Positions 26,884 through 39,669 of a DNA stretch of 45,363 nucleotides are shown here, piece by piece; position 1 is the first letter of the stretch, and each line of letters opens with the position of its first letter. A program made the translations under genes and the position numbers. Source of the DNA: Atractiella rhizophila (Eukaryota). The notes beneath the pieces are model-generated. The model ran no database searches. It had not been told where the DNA came from and worked only from the letters and a program-made list of their open reading frames with translations. Location: assembly GCA_021432655.1 (NCBI GenBank), contig MU271429.1, positions 21,339 to 66,701 of the forward strand. The letters are read 5' to 3'.

Positions 26884-29800
26884 ATGGAAAGGGATCAGAG
26901 AGAGTTGAGCATAGAGGTGGAGAGGAGGCAGGTCGCGCCGCCCGGTCAGACATTGCCACCTTGGTACTCGTGGGTCTGCCCTTTGCGTTTCTAGGAGATG
27001 AGCTAACATAAATGAAGTATCACCACGATCCCCGTAGTCTCCACTATCGATGGAGATCCGACCATTGTTGGCTCATCAACGATCATGTATGAGTTGCCCG
27101 CGCTTTACACGGGCGAGGGATCTGTAGCGCTTGGTTGGCCGTATACCACAGCTTTCCCCGCCGATCCTAGCGCGGGCATCGTGGTCAGCATCGTCGGTGG
27201 GACTCAGGGTCTTGTTACCATTGGTGGACCAAGCGGCTTCGGTGCTTCCCCAGTTGTTCCAACGCCAACTCCCGGTACTCCTGGCTCTCCTGGTACCGCT
27301 ACGCCTCCTGGCTCTTCCCCGGTACAGGGAACAGCTACCACCAGTTTTACAACAGGCACGTCTCCAACGACTACGACTTCTGCATCCTCTACGACGACAA
27401 CAGGAGAAGGAGGCTCCCTCCAGCCTTCTGGAAAGTCGGTGTCGTTATCAGGAGGCCAAATTGCAGGCATCGTTGTCGGTTCTTTCTTTTTCCTCCTTCT
27501 CCTCGTCGCCCTTTTCCTCTTCATCATGTACCGTCGCCGACGGCGTCGGAACCAGCGGCTGGCTCAAGCGCACAGCACGACGGATTGGGAGTTCGTGCGC
27601 TCCCCAGAGACGAACGCCCCTCCACCGCCTGGCGCCGTCATCCCAGACCGCGGACCTTACGGGGATGTGGAAAGCGAGGGCGAGGTGAGGGAGGGAAATG
27701 CTTTGATCAGCGCTATGGGAGGAGCTGGGGGGTTGGCGGGTCTTGCGAGTCGGAGCAGGGAGATGATGAGTAGGTTGAGCAATCGGGGAGGAAGCTCGAC
27801 TATTCGGCCAAGCGAGGATCGACCGGATTCGAGAAATATCTTTCCTAGTCAAGACCAGGGACAAGATGCTACCGAGGTATTAGGGACTGAGGCAACTCGA
27901 GCTGGGGAGAGGCAGGGACTGCTAGGGCAGGAAAGCGATCATCGATCAGCATCTAGCGGGGACATCGGGACCGTTGTAGCTGGAGTAGGGCTCGGCTTTG
28001 GAGTGCTAGGCGGTACGTTTAGGGGAGAAGACAGTTTGGGCTCTAGTTCAGGGTCGGGTGCCGGAAGAGGCTATGATACTCCAATGACTGGACGTGGTAC
28101 TGGCTCAGGCAGTGAGAGGATGGCAAGTGGAGCAGGCAGCTTGTCGACGTCGAATGAGGGGTCGAGGAATACTCGTGGAACACGCCAAACTAGTGGGTCG
28201 AGTAATCCGTCAGGCTCTGGTTCGGGAAGTGGGAGAGGTGGTGGAGGCGGCCCTGCAGGTAACTCAAGCAGTGGAGAAAGCCCTTCCGTGAACTCTGACG
28301 ACCTCTTTTATTCTCGACCACCTTCAAATCCCTCAGGAGGACGTGGTGCTGGACCTTCGAGCGGCGACCGGCAGTATGGTTGGAATTTAAGAGATGTTGG
28401 AAGAGCTGCAGCTGCAACGGTTGGGTTGGGTGCCCTGGTAAACGCAAAAGGTCGAGACTCTGATGCCTCCTCACCCGAGTCCAACGTTGATGGCCCTTCT
28501 GGCCGCTCGGAGATGTCTCGACCTTCGTTTCAGACAGCTCCAACTGGCCCATCCACCGATCAATCTGTTTATGGGACCGCGACCAGCGGAACTGCGACGC
28601 CAGCCGGAGCTTATCAGTCCGTGGACACATTGAATCCTCAATCCACCGCAAACCGCTCAAGTTCTTCCCTCACTGGTGCTGTCCGTCAAGGTTCTGCGTA
28701 TTCTTCGACATATGGAATGCCAGATGTTTATGCATCCGGAAGCATTGATACGAGTGTCCCAAGTCAAGAAACGCCCGCTTCCTCTCTCCATACCCCTACC
28801 ACCACGGCAGCCAATTCACCTCAACGTGTTCCCTCATCGAGTCCATCATCCGGCAGTGCAGGTTTAACCTCTCGGCGCGAAAACTACCTCCCGCCTATCT
28901 TCACAGGCCGTCGAACAAGCACGATAGCTGAAGAGTCAGAAAGTTTGTACTCCTCAGAGATGAAACGACGCAGCGGAACAGGCTCAGAGTCTCACTCGAC
29001 GATGCGTCCTGTCAGTGTTGGATCCACGTCAAGCGCGAAAGAAGGGATCGGTGGAGTTCTGGCGGGATTGGGTATCAGACTCTTCGGTGCTCAGCGAAAG
29101 GGCACATCGTCACCACGGGAGACGCTCATGGAAGAGAAGGAACCAGAAATGGATGAAAAGCTGGATCCTGAGTCAGAGGAGTCGTCGTGCGTCTTATTCA
29201 TTCTGTTTCTGTGACTGGGGCTAAGCGTACAGCAGATCGAGTCGACATCCGATCCTTCGAGATAATCCACGTTATCGACCAGTTACTACGACCGCTACAG
29301 GTTTTGAGTCCTCTTCGCTGACGGAGCTGGGCAAAATTGCAACTCCCGGCGAAGGGGAAATCGATCCAATCTCAGCGAGCACTCGCACATCCTTCTCGCA
29401 TTCCCAACCCTCTTTACACGCTAATTCCCCAAGTCAATCGGTTCACTCACGACGGTCTTCTGAGGACCGTCGAGAACCCAGCGATTCCTCCACAGATCTC
29501 GCGCGCCGCACACGCTGGTCCAAGGCAACGATGGGCCAGTCCATTCCACCGTCCCCAAGGCCATCTACTGGACATACACTCGACCGTTCCCTTTCTGTCA
29601 CTTCTTCCCTTCATCCAGGATCCCGCAACGTTTCCGAATATGGCGTACTGTCGAGGACACATTCAGCAGGGCAAAATTCTCGGAAAGAAGCCTCGCACTC
29701 ATCTTCTGGAGGAAAAGGTAGCTCGGGGAGAAACGACAGCCACAACTCGTCCAGTTCAAGCGAGCCAGGCTTGAGTCGGCGGCATAGTCACAAAACAGTC

Positions 29801-29908
29801 CCCATCCTGGAAGAGTCTGACGTAGTCCCAAGTCCTGTGGATCTTCAGGTTCCCACATCAAGCAAAATAGAGCAGGAAGCCAACGTTTCGGGAGCTCCCG
29901 CGTCATAA
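26884..29908 (+). CDS. Single-pass membrane protein (~974 aa) with Thr/Pro/Gly-rich ectodomain and long Ser/Gly-rich disordered tail
   Basis: Exons 26884-26963, 27018-29186 and 29233-29908 join in phase 2. TM helix LSGGQIAGIVVGSFFFLLLLVALFLFIMY followed by RRRRRR, typical of fungal Mid2/SKG6-like TM segments. The start codon is tentative. Confidence 0.8.
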
Positions 29909-30140
29909 CACTGTGACTACGATTAGCCAAGTGGACACTGAGCATTTAGTTTCTAGCAGATTGGAGTCGTGACTGAAAATCATTGTGAAAGGACGTATTT
30001 CGATATTCTTCAACGGACTCTTTGAGTGCTTGTGACTTAGTTGCCGATTATGAAAAGTCTTGCTTCATTACATTCCCATCCCAGACATGTACAGGGACGC
30101 GACGAATGAGTTCTAGTGGAGACTGAAAAAAGCTCATTGC

Positions 30141-32252
30141 TTACCACCCCTTCTCTGCATCCCAGTTCACATCCAGAATCCCAAATTTTCGTTTTCTCAG
30201 CAAAATCTGCCACGTGTACCGTAACAAAACTTCAGGGTGCTTTTCGTCATCATCAACCAAGGTCCAACCAAGTCGTTCAATGAGCATCCGATTGATATAT
30301 TCGGAATCCACCGAAATATTAAGATTCCACCCCAACACGGATGTGAGGTAGCTCTCATCCATCTGCACCAGATTACTCATTCCAAAGTCGATGAGCACGA
30401 AATCCGGCGCAACACCTAGGAGGGAAGAAGGAGGGCAGATGATTTGATCTGGTCGATCGTTGAGATCTGTGTGTGTAACGCCTAGGAGAAACATTGCCCC
30501 CATCAACGCCATTCCTTTGTTGAACTGCTCCAGGTTAGTAACTTCAAATGGCGGAAAGAATATCAACACACAAAGTTCTGCTGTTCTTCTTCTGACAGGT
30601 CCCTAACCCAAGTTTCGTCGAGGTGCGGACCTTCGACATATTCCATGAGGTGAGCCGCCACAATTTCGCCATCAGGAAGCTGAATCTGATTGTAGAAGAT
30701 AATGAAAAAGTCAGCTCCGACGAAAAAGAACTCACCCGGTAAAAACCGTAGGATCTTGGAACACCAGAACCTTGCAGAAAGCGGAGGGCATGATAAGCTC
30801 TTTCTTCGCGCTGCCACGAATCTTCTGCGTTCGGCCATCGCCTAATCCGTAAAATACCGTCATAGTCCATCTCCCACGCCGGAGGAGGGAAGAGGCGTTC
30901 GTCATAAATCTTCAAAACCAGTTTTTGGGCTTCCAAAGCGTGAATCTTTACCTCAAAAACTTGTCCCCAAAATTCTTGTCCTGACCGTAAAGAGCTTTCT
31001 AGAAAAATTGAATCTCCTGGATGTATCGAGGTCGTCTGGGCTGAGGGCCGAAGGGCAGACGACGCTTGATAAAGGATATTTTGAAAAAATCGAACTAGCG
31101 GGTCCTTCGCGGTCATAAGCAGAGGTGGGATGGACGAAATTGAACTGGGGAGGCAAGGGGAAATCACAGAAATAACTCGAAGCTCATGACCTGGTAACTG
31201 GAGCTCATCTAGCCACACCTGAGCTTTGTCGAGGCGATCATTATGCCAATCTGCAATCGCATCAAGGATGGGACCATCGTCGTTTTGAGCATCATAAAGG
31301 TCTAGGTCAGCAGCCAGCGTAATCGTGCTTAAATCCACGTCGTGCTCTTCGTTCGGATCCCTCTCAGCGCCAGACACGAGGACTCGTGGGAAAGAAGCTT
31401 CACCAGTCTCATGCGAAAATTGAGAGCAATCCCATCGACGAGAGAAAATCTCACTCAGGAGTGTCAACGCAGGGAGATAAGGTCGATGGTCGAAAGAGAC
31501 GTAAGAGACATATTTAGAGACATTGAGTGTGACAGTAGACTTGAAATCAAGGAATGCGGCATAATTGAGCTCAGCAATGTCAAGTGATTGGAGAAATGCT
31601 AAGTAGTTCCCGGCAATTTGGGAGGTATCCTCAAAGTCGATCGATGAAAACGTGGCACCTTTCCAGTCTTCCTCTCGCAGTGTGCCTGGGGTCTAGGTCT
31701 ATGTGAGTATTTCCCGTCGGTCTTGAAACATGTACCAACCAGAACAACCAGAACAGCTAAGACTTCCTCCTCCATTTGGATTCGCAGAACATCGATCTCC
31801 TGGGTTCTCACTCCGTGTGAAGAACACATCTGGTGGGAAATGTGGATGGAAAGAGGTGCGGATGCTCTTGCAGGGTACATATACGTCAAGAAGTTTTTGA
31901 GGTCGAGCAAAAATGATGAAAGACAGGTTTCGCTACCATAGGTGATCAGCGAGGTGGGGGACAGCAAAAAGGAGTAGCTTCACGGTTGCACATCTCCATG
32001 AACCAAGATATCCGGCCAAAACGGCACAGTCACATTCAAAGGCAGCACCTCAAGGTCTTTTCGAAGATGATCATAATACGAAACCTTGATAAATTTGTCC
32101 GTCTTTCTTGTAGGTTTGAACTGAGCGCTTGTCACCAACGATTTGCACAAGGCATGCGGCCCCTTGGAGACATCCTGAAGGAGCAGTGGTGGAGTTCCAC
32201 CCCGGTCAGAAGGGACATGGAAGCTTGGTGTGAGAAAGGCGAAAAGCCGCAT
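30141..32252 (-). CDS. Kinase-like family copy 3
   Basis: Same 5 exons in frame: MRLFAFLTP..., YMYPARA, TPG, LVLKIYDERLFP, HTDLNDRPDQII, LIDFGMS. It lacks the Glu codon at the start of exon 3. Confidence 0.85.
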
Positions 32253-35200
32253 TATCGGATAAACCTCGATTTGCAGCTGCAGCTAGTAAACAGTTCAACG
32301 CGGGACCATACGAAAAGGATAAATATGCGTGGCACACTTCCATGGCCATTAACCTTTCCCAGTGAAAGAAGCAACTACCAACAACCATTTTTCTCACGCG
32401 GATATGAAAGGGACATGTTGGACAATTAGAAATTACGTTGCGGAGAAGAGGAACGAACACGTAGGCCTCCTTTCCTTTAGAAGTGAATCTGGCGGTGCAA
32501 GAATATCATAGTCAGGTGACAATGCTTGGAATGATACTTACGAAGGATCATAATTGATTCGGATTGAACCATGAAGTGCATGACAGTTTTTGAGTAGCAG
32601 ACAAAGGCGGGCGGTTGTTATTCGTCGAAGCAAAAGTCAACAAAGAGTGAGACCAGGCGGAACAAAGAAACGATAGGAAGGAATAGAAAGGAAGACATAG
32701 GTGCAGGTGCCTACAATTGTGGAAGAGTAGCCAAAGGGATCATTTTTAGGCGTCACATGAAGGATCAAAAAAGATATCATTCATTGCAAAGCAGACAAAG
32801 GAATATCGCTATGTGCGAGGTTGTTTACCATTTCTGTGAGAAAGGATGACGCATGAAGGAATACAGAAAGGCGGGAATAATAGAAACAAAGAAAGTGCTA
32901 CTTCAAGGTGGACGGCCAGAGATGGCACCATTTAGGAACTAATGTTAAGTGCGATGAAAGGCACCAGCCCTCTGACTAGCAGACAAGGCTCTGCTAGAAA
33001 CCTTGACAAAGCAGAGAAAGAAAGGGAAAATAGGCGACAGACGACTGTAAAAGTGGGAAAGTACTAGTACTTCGATGATTTTGGTGGTCGCATTCTCAAC
33101 ACGAATAAATCACGATGTCAAAAATCACAAGCTCCAGCTTTCGTATGGTCGTCCGAACTATCGACGGAAGGAAAGGACCCAGAGGGAGAGGGCATCTGGG
33201 ACCCTGCACAACTGACGAACTTCATCCCCAGAACGAAATTCTTAAACTCATTTACGCCGAATCCACGTTCATAATGCGAGATTAAAACGGATGAAGGAGA
33301 AACATGAAGCTCTGTCGCGAAATTCGGAGGATACGGAGGCTCTTTCCCCAGAGACGACCGTAAGGGCCTGCTAGTAATTTTCATCCGTCGGTACCGCTTA
33401 CTACTCGCAAGACTTGAATTCAGTGTTGCTTTCAGGAAATGTGATGGTATCAAATTACAGAACAGGTTGGACTTGACGTGTGTATTGCCCATGGCATCAA
33501 GACACAGTGTTGGGGATGTTGAAGGTAAATGCCCCCCCCCCCCGTCTAGATGGGCTTGGAAACCGGGGATCCCATCGCTACACATCCCAGGTCTGAGGCA
33601 GAAGCGATGTGAGCAATCCCTGCATCTCGCACTGCCTCTGAAACACAAATAAAGACATCATCACAGTGCGCACAAACATCCTCGAACGATATCTCTGGCA
33701 TAGAAGGCATGCTCCAGCAACAAGCGCCAATCAAGCTACCGTGACAGACACGTTCATCACCTTGGAATACCTCGTGAGGGTCAAAAGACCGTCCCGAGAA
33801 AAGGTTTACATAGAGTATAGAGGTCTCGGTATCCATGAACGAAATACGACAGCATAGGCGCTTCCAGCAAAGTCTAGAACATCTTTATGCCAACAAAGCA
33901 GTCAGCCTTAATAAGTCCGCCCTCCGTTCATCTAACTGCAGGACTTGTCTATGACATGCCTTAATTTCCATCGATGACTAGATGACATCAGTTCTAGCAT
34001 CGTAACCCAACACTGCAGTGGCAGGCACACACAAGCTGTTGGCGAGAAAGTTTGCGTTGTATACACTGTCTAACAACAAATGCCAACCGCCGAAAGCATC
34101 ATAGCGGCGGTTTCTAGATAGCTTGTTGCTTACTACGCTTGCTCTGATGGAGTCAAACAACAGCATCGCAAAGGGCTCACCTTCAAGCCAAATACACAAG
34201 TATATACGATGATAGCATCCTCTATGGATTACAGACGATCAAGGAATTTGTAGAAACAGCGGTGATTTGCAGACAACAAAACACGTCCAAAGAACCTCAA
34301 CATGCCCCTCGGATACGACTGAACTGTGAGACAACTCACCCGTGGATTAATACAATGACGTTCACCTTATAAATCACTAGCACCCTTTTGAACAAATGAT
34401 AAATGCCAGAAAGGTAACACGGCTATAACTGGCGCGAAGCTCGGCAAATTTGAGAGCGCACTGCTGTTCGGACGGGAGGTTGAAGGGATTATGTATGAGT
34501 GACAGAGTGCTGTGGTCTGTTGATGCATATGCCTGCACTCGCTTGCACTGGCGCGTGCTTTGTTGTTGTGATGATCGAGCTGTCAGTCAAGTTGTAGTTT
34601 AGTCTTTGCAAGCAGCGGCCGCGCAACATCACAATGCTACGGTATACAAGAGCAGGATATTTAGGGTATATACCTGTTCCTTAACGTGAGGAGAGTGCGC
34701 CTGCTCGTGGGGTGGATTGCACCAAGGCTTTCGTCCAAACAGGGCCGGATAGCCCGCTTAACAGGCAAGCCCCAACAGGCAAGACCCAACAGAAAGAAAG
34801 GGACATGGCCGTCACACCAAATGCTGCAGGGCTTCAGGGCAAAAGCAGTAATGCTTCTGACCTGCACCCAAAGTGAAGTGGCCAGCAGAGTTGGTGGGTT
34901 GCCAGAGGCACACTTTTTCCGGAGGACCCTTGTACTTTATGGCCCGATGTGGCATGCTACTGGGCATTGGGCATTTACTTTGTGATACATCGTGGCACGG
35001 AACATGAGTCTCTGAAGTAGACATTGGCATTTTGTGGAAGGGAGCAAGAAGCCCTGGAGGAATTTGGGCTTTGGTACTTTGTGACATGGAGCGACAAGCT
35101 CCGTCAGAAATTGGGCTTGGTACGACAAAAAGTGATGCTAGAGGATTGAGGCGATGTGCAGCCGAAGGTGGTGGTTGAGTTGAGGAGCTTGGCCGCCGCC

Positions 35201-35461
35201 TTCGACTCTCTTTCAGAGACGGCCTCGTCCAACGGCACAGTTCCTACCTTACTCTTCTGGAAATACAGCAGAAAACGTAGAACATTGATGTATCCTGTTA
35301 TTTCTGACAAAAAACGTCCTGAATCGTCACGATGAAATGGTAACTGTTTGTGGACTCTGAGTGATTGCTTGTAGCTTACAAGTAGTCGCTATAATGGAGC
35401 GGTCTTGTTGGTCATATTGCATCCAACACAAGTAGCAGGGAGAACAAGCGATCACTACCAC

Positions 35462-37582
35462 TTACGACAACCCCTTTTCTTCATCGCAGTGCACCTCCAG
35501 AATACCGAACTTGCGCTGTCGCAGCAGTATCTCCCACGTATAGTACAAACGCACCTCAGGGTGTTTTTCCTTATCATGGAGTAAGGTCCAACCAAGCTGT
35601 CGGTTGAGCATCCGGTTCATATGAATGGAATCTCTGGAGATGCTGAGATTCCATGCAAAGATAGATGTAAGGTAGCTTTCATCCATCTGAACCAGATTGC
35701 TCATCCCAAAGTCGATGAGCACGAAATCTGGAACGCGGTTTGGGGAGGAAGGCGGACAGATAATTTGATCTTGACGATCTTCAAGATCAGTATGGTTCAC
35801 GCCGAGGAGAAACATTGCTCCCATCAATGCCATGCCTTTGTTGAACTGTTTGGCTTAATGAAATGATGATCAACACAAAATAAACAGGAACCCACAAAGT
35901 CTTGCTGTTCTGCTTCAGAAAAGTCAGTAGCCCATGTTTCGTCAAGGTGTGGACCTTCTACGTATTCCATGAGGTGAGCCGCCACAATTTCGCCATCGGG
36001 AAGCTGAATCTGATTGTAGAAGATTAGAAGATAATTAAAAAGTCAGCTCCAACAAAGAAGAACTCACCCGGTAAAAGCCGTAGGACCTTGGAACGCCAGA
36101 ACCTTGCAGAAAGCGGAGTGCATGATAAGCTCTTTCTTCGCGCTGCCACGAATCTTCTGCATTTGGCCATCGCCTAATCCGTAAAATACCGTCGTAATCC
36201 ATCTCCCACGCCGGAGGAGGGAAGAGGCGTTCGTCATAAATCTTCAAAACCAGTTTTTGGGCTTCTAAAGCATGAACCTTTGCCTCAAAAACTTGTCCCC
36301 AAAATTTCTGTCCCGACCGTAAAGAATGTTCGAGACGAATAGAATCTCCTGGACAGAGAGAGACAATCTGGACTGAGGGTCGAACGGCAGAGGCAGCTTG
36401 GAAAAGGATATTCTGAAAGAATTGGACTAACTGGTCCTTCGTGGTCATGAGCAGAGGTGGAATGCATGACATTGCACTTGGGAGGCAAGGCGAAATCACG
36501 GAAATAACTCGAAGCTCATGGCCTGGTAACTGGAGCTCATCGAGCCACAGTTGAGCCTTGTCGAGGCGATCATTGTGCCAACCTGCAATTGCATCAAGAA
36601 TGGGACCATCGTCGTTCTGAGCATCGTAAAGGTCTAGGTCGGCAGCCACCAGTATTCCACTGAGATCCACGTCATGCTCTTCATTTGGATCTCTTCCGGC
36701 GCCAGACACGAGAACACGGGGGAAACATGCTTCCCCAGTCTGATGTGAAAATTTCGAACAGTCCCATCGCTCAGAAAAGACCTCACTTAGAAGTGTCAGC
36801 ACAGGAAGGTAAGGACCTTCCTCAAAAGAGACGGAAGAGAAAGATTCAGAGATGTTGACTATGACTGTAGATTTGAAATCGAGGAAAGCCGCGAAGTTGA
36901 GCTGAGTAATGTCTAGTGAGTCGAGAAAGGCCAAGTAGTTCCCTGCTATTCCTGACGTATCATCAAAATCTATGAACGAGTATGTGCGACCTCCCCAGTC
37001 TTGCTGACGAAGTGTACCCGGAGTCTCCTAATATCTGAGTTAGGACCGACCCTTAATCTTCAAGCGATACCAACCAAGATAACAAGAGCCGCCAGCACCT
37101 CCTCCATCATTTTCAAGAGCAATATATTCACATCCTGCGTCCGGACTCCATCCGCAAAACAAGTTCGGTGGGTAACGTGGATGGAAAGTGGAGCTGGTGC
37201 TCTCGCAGGGTACATATACTTCAAGAATGTCGTCAAATCAAACAAGAAAGCTGAAAGACGAGATTCTCTGCTTGAGCTCATCAGTGGCACAGCAGATCAA
37301 CGAGTAGTCGTCTTACGGATGCACATCCCCCTGAATCAAGATCTCCGGCCAAAATGGAACAACAACATTCAACGGTAGCAGCTCAAGGTCCTTTCGTAGG
37401 TGATCACGATATGAAACCTTAATCGACTTGTCTGTCTCTCTAGTAGGTATAAATTGAGCGCTCGTGAACAGCGACTTTGATAGAGTGTGAGGTTTTCCAG
37501 AAACATCCTGAAGGAGAGGTGGGCTTCCGGTGGGATTGGAGTAGACAGCAAATGTTGGTGTGAGAAAGGCGGGAAGCCGCAT
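35462..37582 (-). CDS. Kinase-like family copy 4
   Basis: Same 5 exons in frame: MRLPAFLTP..., LVILETPG, LVLKIYDERLFP, HTDLEDRQDQII, LIDFGMS. Confidence 0.85.
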
Positions 37583-38644
37583 CGTTGCTTGCAGCCAGAT
37601 GCGTTGCTCAAACAGGACACAGGATGGGGCGAAATGAAGAAGGGCTGTATAGACTGTTATAAGAAGCTATGTGGTGAAATTAGCATCTGGACAACGGAGC
37701 AGATCAGTCAGGCTCGGTCAAAGAACAACAAAGATAAGAACACATACATTCTTCACCCTTTATTTCGCTACAAAGGCTGTCCCGGTGGCAGTCTGGGACA
37801 GTAGTCAAAGAGGTTCATTAAAGTGTGGAAATCGGAACTAAGAGCTTTATGCAGAAGACTTTCGTGCGTGGAGTACAGTGTCGTAATGGACATCACATTC
37901 GGCAGCAAAAAAATAAGGCTATTTAAAACAAAGAACCCCGAGGAACTAATACAAAGGGATATCTGAACTCTGTTACTTACAAAGGGCTACAGTTGGTTAA
38001 ATAAACGGCATGAACGTAGCATGGCAAGAGAATAGGGGGTATAATGACTCTGTATCCAAGATTGAAATGAGTTAGTCCATCTACCAATTTTAGGCGGCCC
38101 TCAAACAAGCGAAACCATAAGATGGCGGTCCTCAGTCATGTTCAGCATGTGCAATATTGTTTTTACGAATCAGCAAAGAATTTGCGGGAACGACCACCCG
38201 TTCCAGACAAGAAATAACAGTGACGCTTGCTCCACAGCTCCATCACATGCAACTGAACCACGCGACAACTCACCTGAAGATTACTATGCTGTAGTGAAGT
38301 AGTCAATTCCTGGGTCCCTCTCCAGCTGATCATTAGCTATTCCAAACTTCCGTTCGGTCCACCGGAGAGGCGCTGAAGAAAGTTGTGTGGAAGAACCGCA
38401 ATATACTTGTTGCCAACAAGCAGCAAATGTCTGTGCTGACGCTGACAACACGAATGTCGATTGTTCTGAATTTCGCACGTGCGTGCACCGTTCGAAACTT
38501 TATTTTATTGGATGCATGCAAACTGCTACACGATTTGAAAGGTACCCTGACCACGTAACAAATTCGGTCTTAGCTGCTCAGTAATAGTACCATTGAGCCA
38601 GAATGAGCTCAATCGATTAATATATTCGCCATATACAGGTTAGA

Positions 38645-38840
38645 TTTGATCCAGCGTATTTGTGAAAACCCACGGTTTGATCCAGCGTATTTGTGAAAAC
38701 CCACGGTTTGATCCAGCGTACTTGTGAAAACCCACCGTTTTGATCCAGCGTATGTGAAATCCCACCGTTTGATCCAACGCACCCATGAAACCGATGCCTT
38801 TTTATGCGTGAAACCACCGTTTGATCCAGCGTATTCACGA
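38645..38840. repeat. Array 1 of the TTTGATCCAGCG core (~31-bp unit)
   Basis: Cores at 38645, 38676, 38707, 38739, 38768 and 38820. Unit tttgatccagcgtatttgtgaaaacccacgg. Confidence 0.9.
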
Positions 38841-39669
38841 AACGGACTGCCGCGTTTGAGTCAGTGTGTCCATGAAACTGATCGTTAAACCTTGTGCATG
38901 CGAATTCTTCATGAATGGTCCTCTTTCCGTGTTGGGGAAGTCTGACCCTTGTGGTTACCGTTGGTATTGTGGTCTAGCTGGTGCCCAGATCGTTCACAAG
39001 CCCAACAGATTCCATATTCTCGTCTTCCGAATCCACTATTCTTCTCCTCACCACCAACCGAACTGTATCACTAGATCAGCGGACGCTAGACCTCGTGATG
39101 CAGATGAAGATGAATTTGATGTTGAGTCGAGTGTGATGGAAGAGATTATCACCCTTCCTTCTTCCTCCGTCGTGGTTTGAGCAACCGGGCCCGCGTACCT
39201 CCCCTTTACCTCCTTATCTCCGTTTCCCACCCTCCAAAACCTTGGATAGCTCTGGAGTAGTTTTTCCAATGCCGCTTTCACACTGTCGCAACGAAATCGT
39301 CCTCAATGGAGTGTTTCAAGGTCTCGAACAGCGCTTTGACGGTCTTTGGTTGCCTCACAGCATGGACGGAGAGGCAGAACGGGACAGCTCCTCGTACCAG
39401 GAGTTCTCGAATCGCCGACCTATTTATTGCCCCGCAGGACTTTTGTGAAAAGACCCCTACTCGTTTTCCTTTTAGTGACTCGTACTTTCAAGTGGAAAAG
39501 GGACAGACCAGATGGATCCAAAATCCTTGAGATCAATCGGTTGGTCTGTGACCATTCCCCAAGTGCTCAAAGGAGATAGCAAGAAGCGAAGTGTCAGAGA
39601 CCATTCCGAACGGATCAAAAACCAGTCAAGCGTTATGTCCCGTATACCGACTGGTCGAATCAATAGCCA

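Noticed and set aside
33118..33836. 176-aa and 96-aa minus-strand ORFs
   Set aside because: No recognisable motifs. They lie in the putative leader region of kinase copy 3 and span a C homopolymer.
34686..35130. Possible RT remnant (HQGFRPNR) and degenerate short repeats
   Set aside because: A single short motif followed by stops, with no other RT motifs in order.
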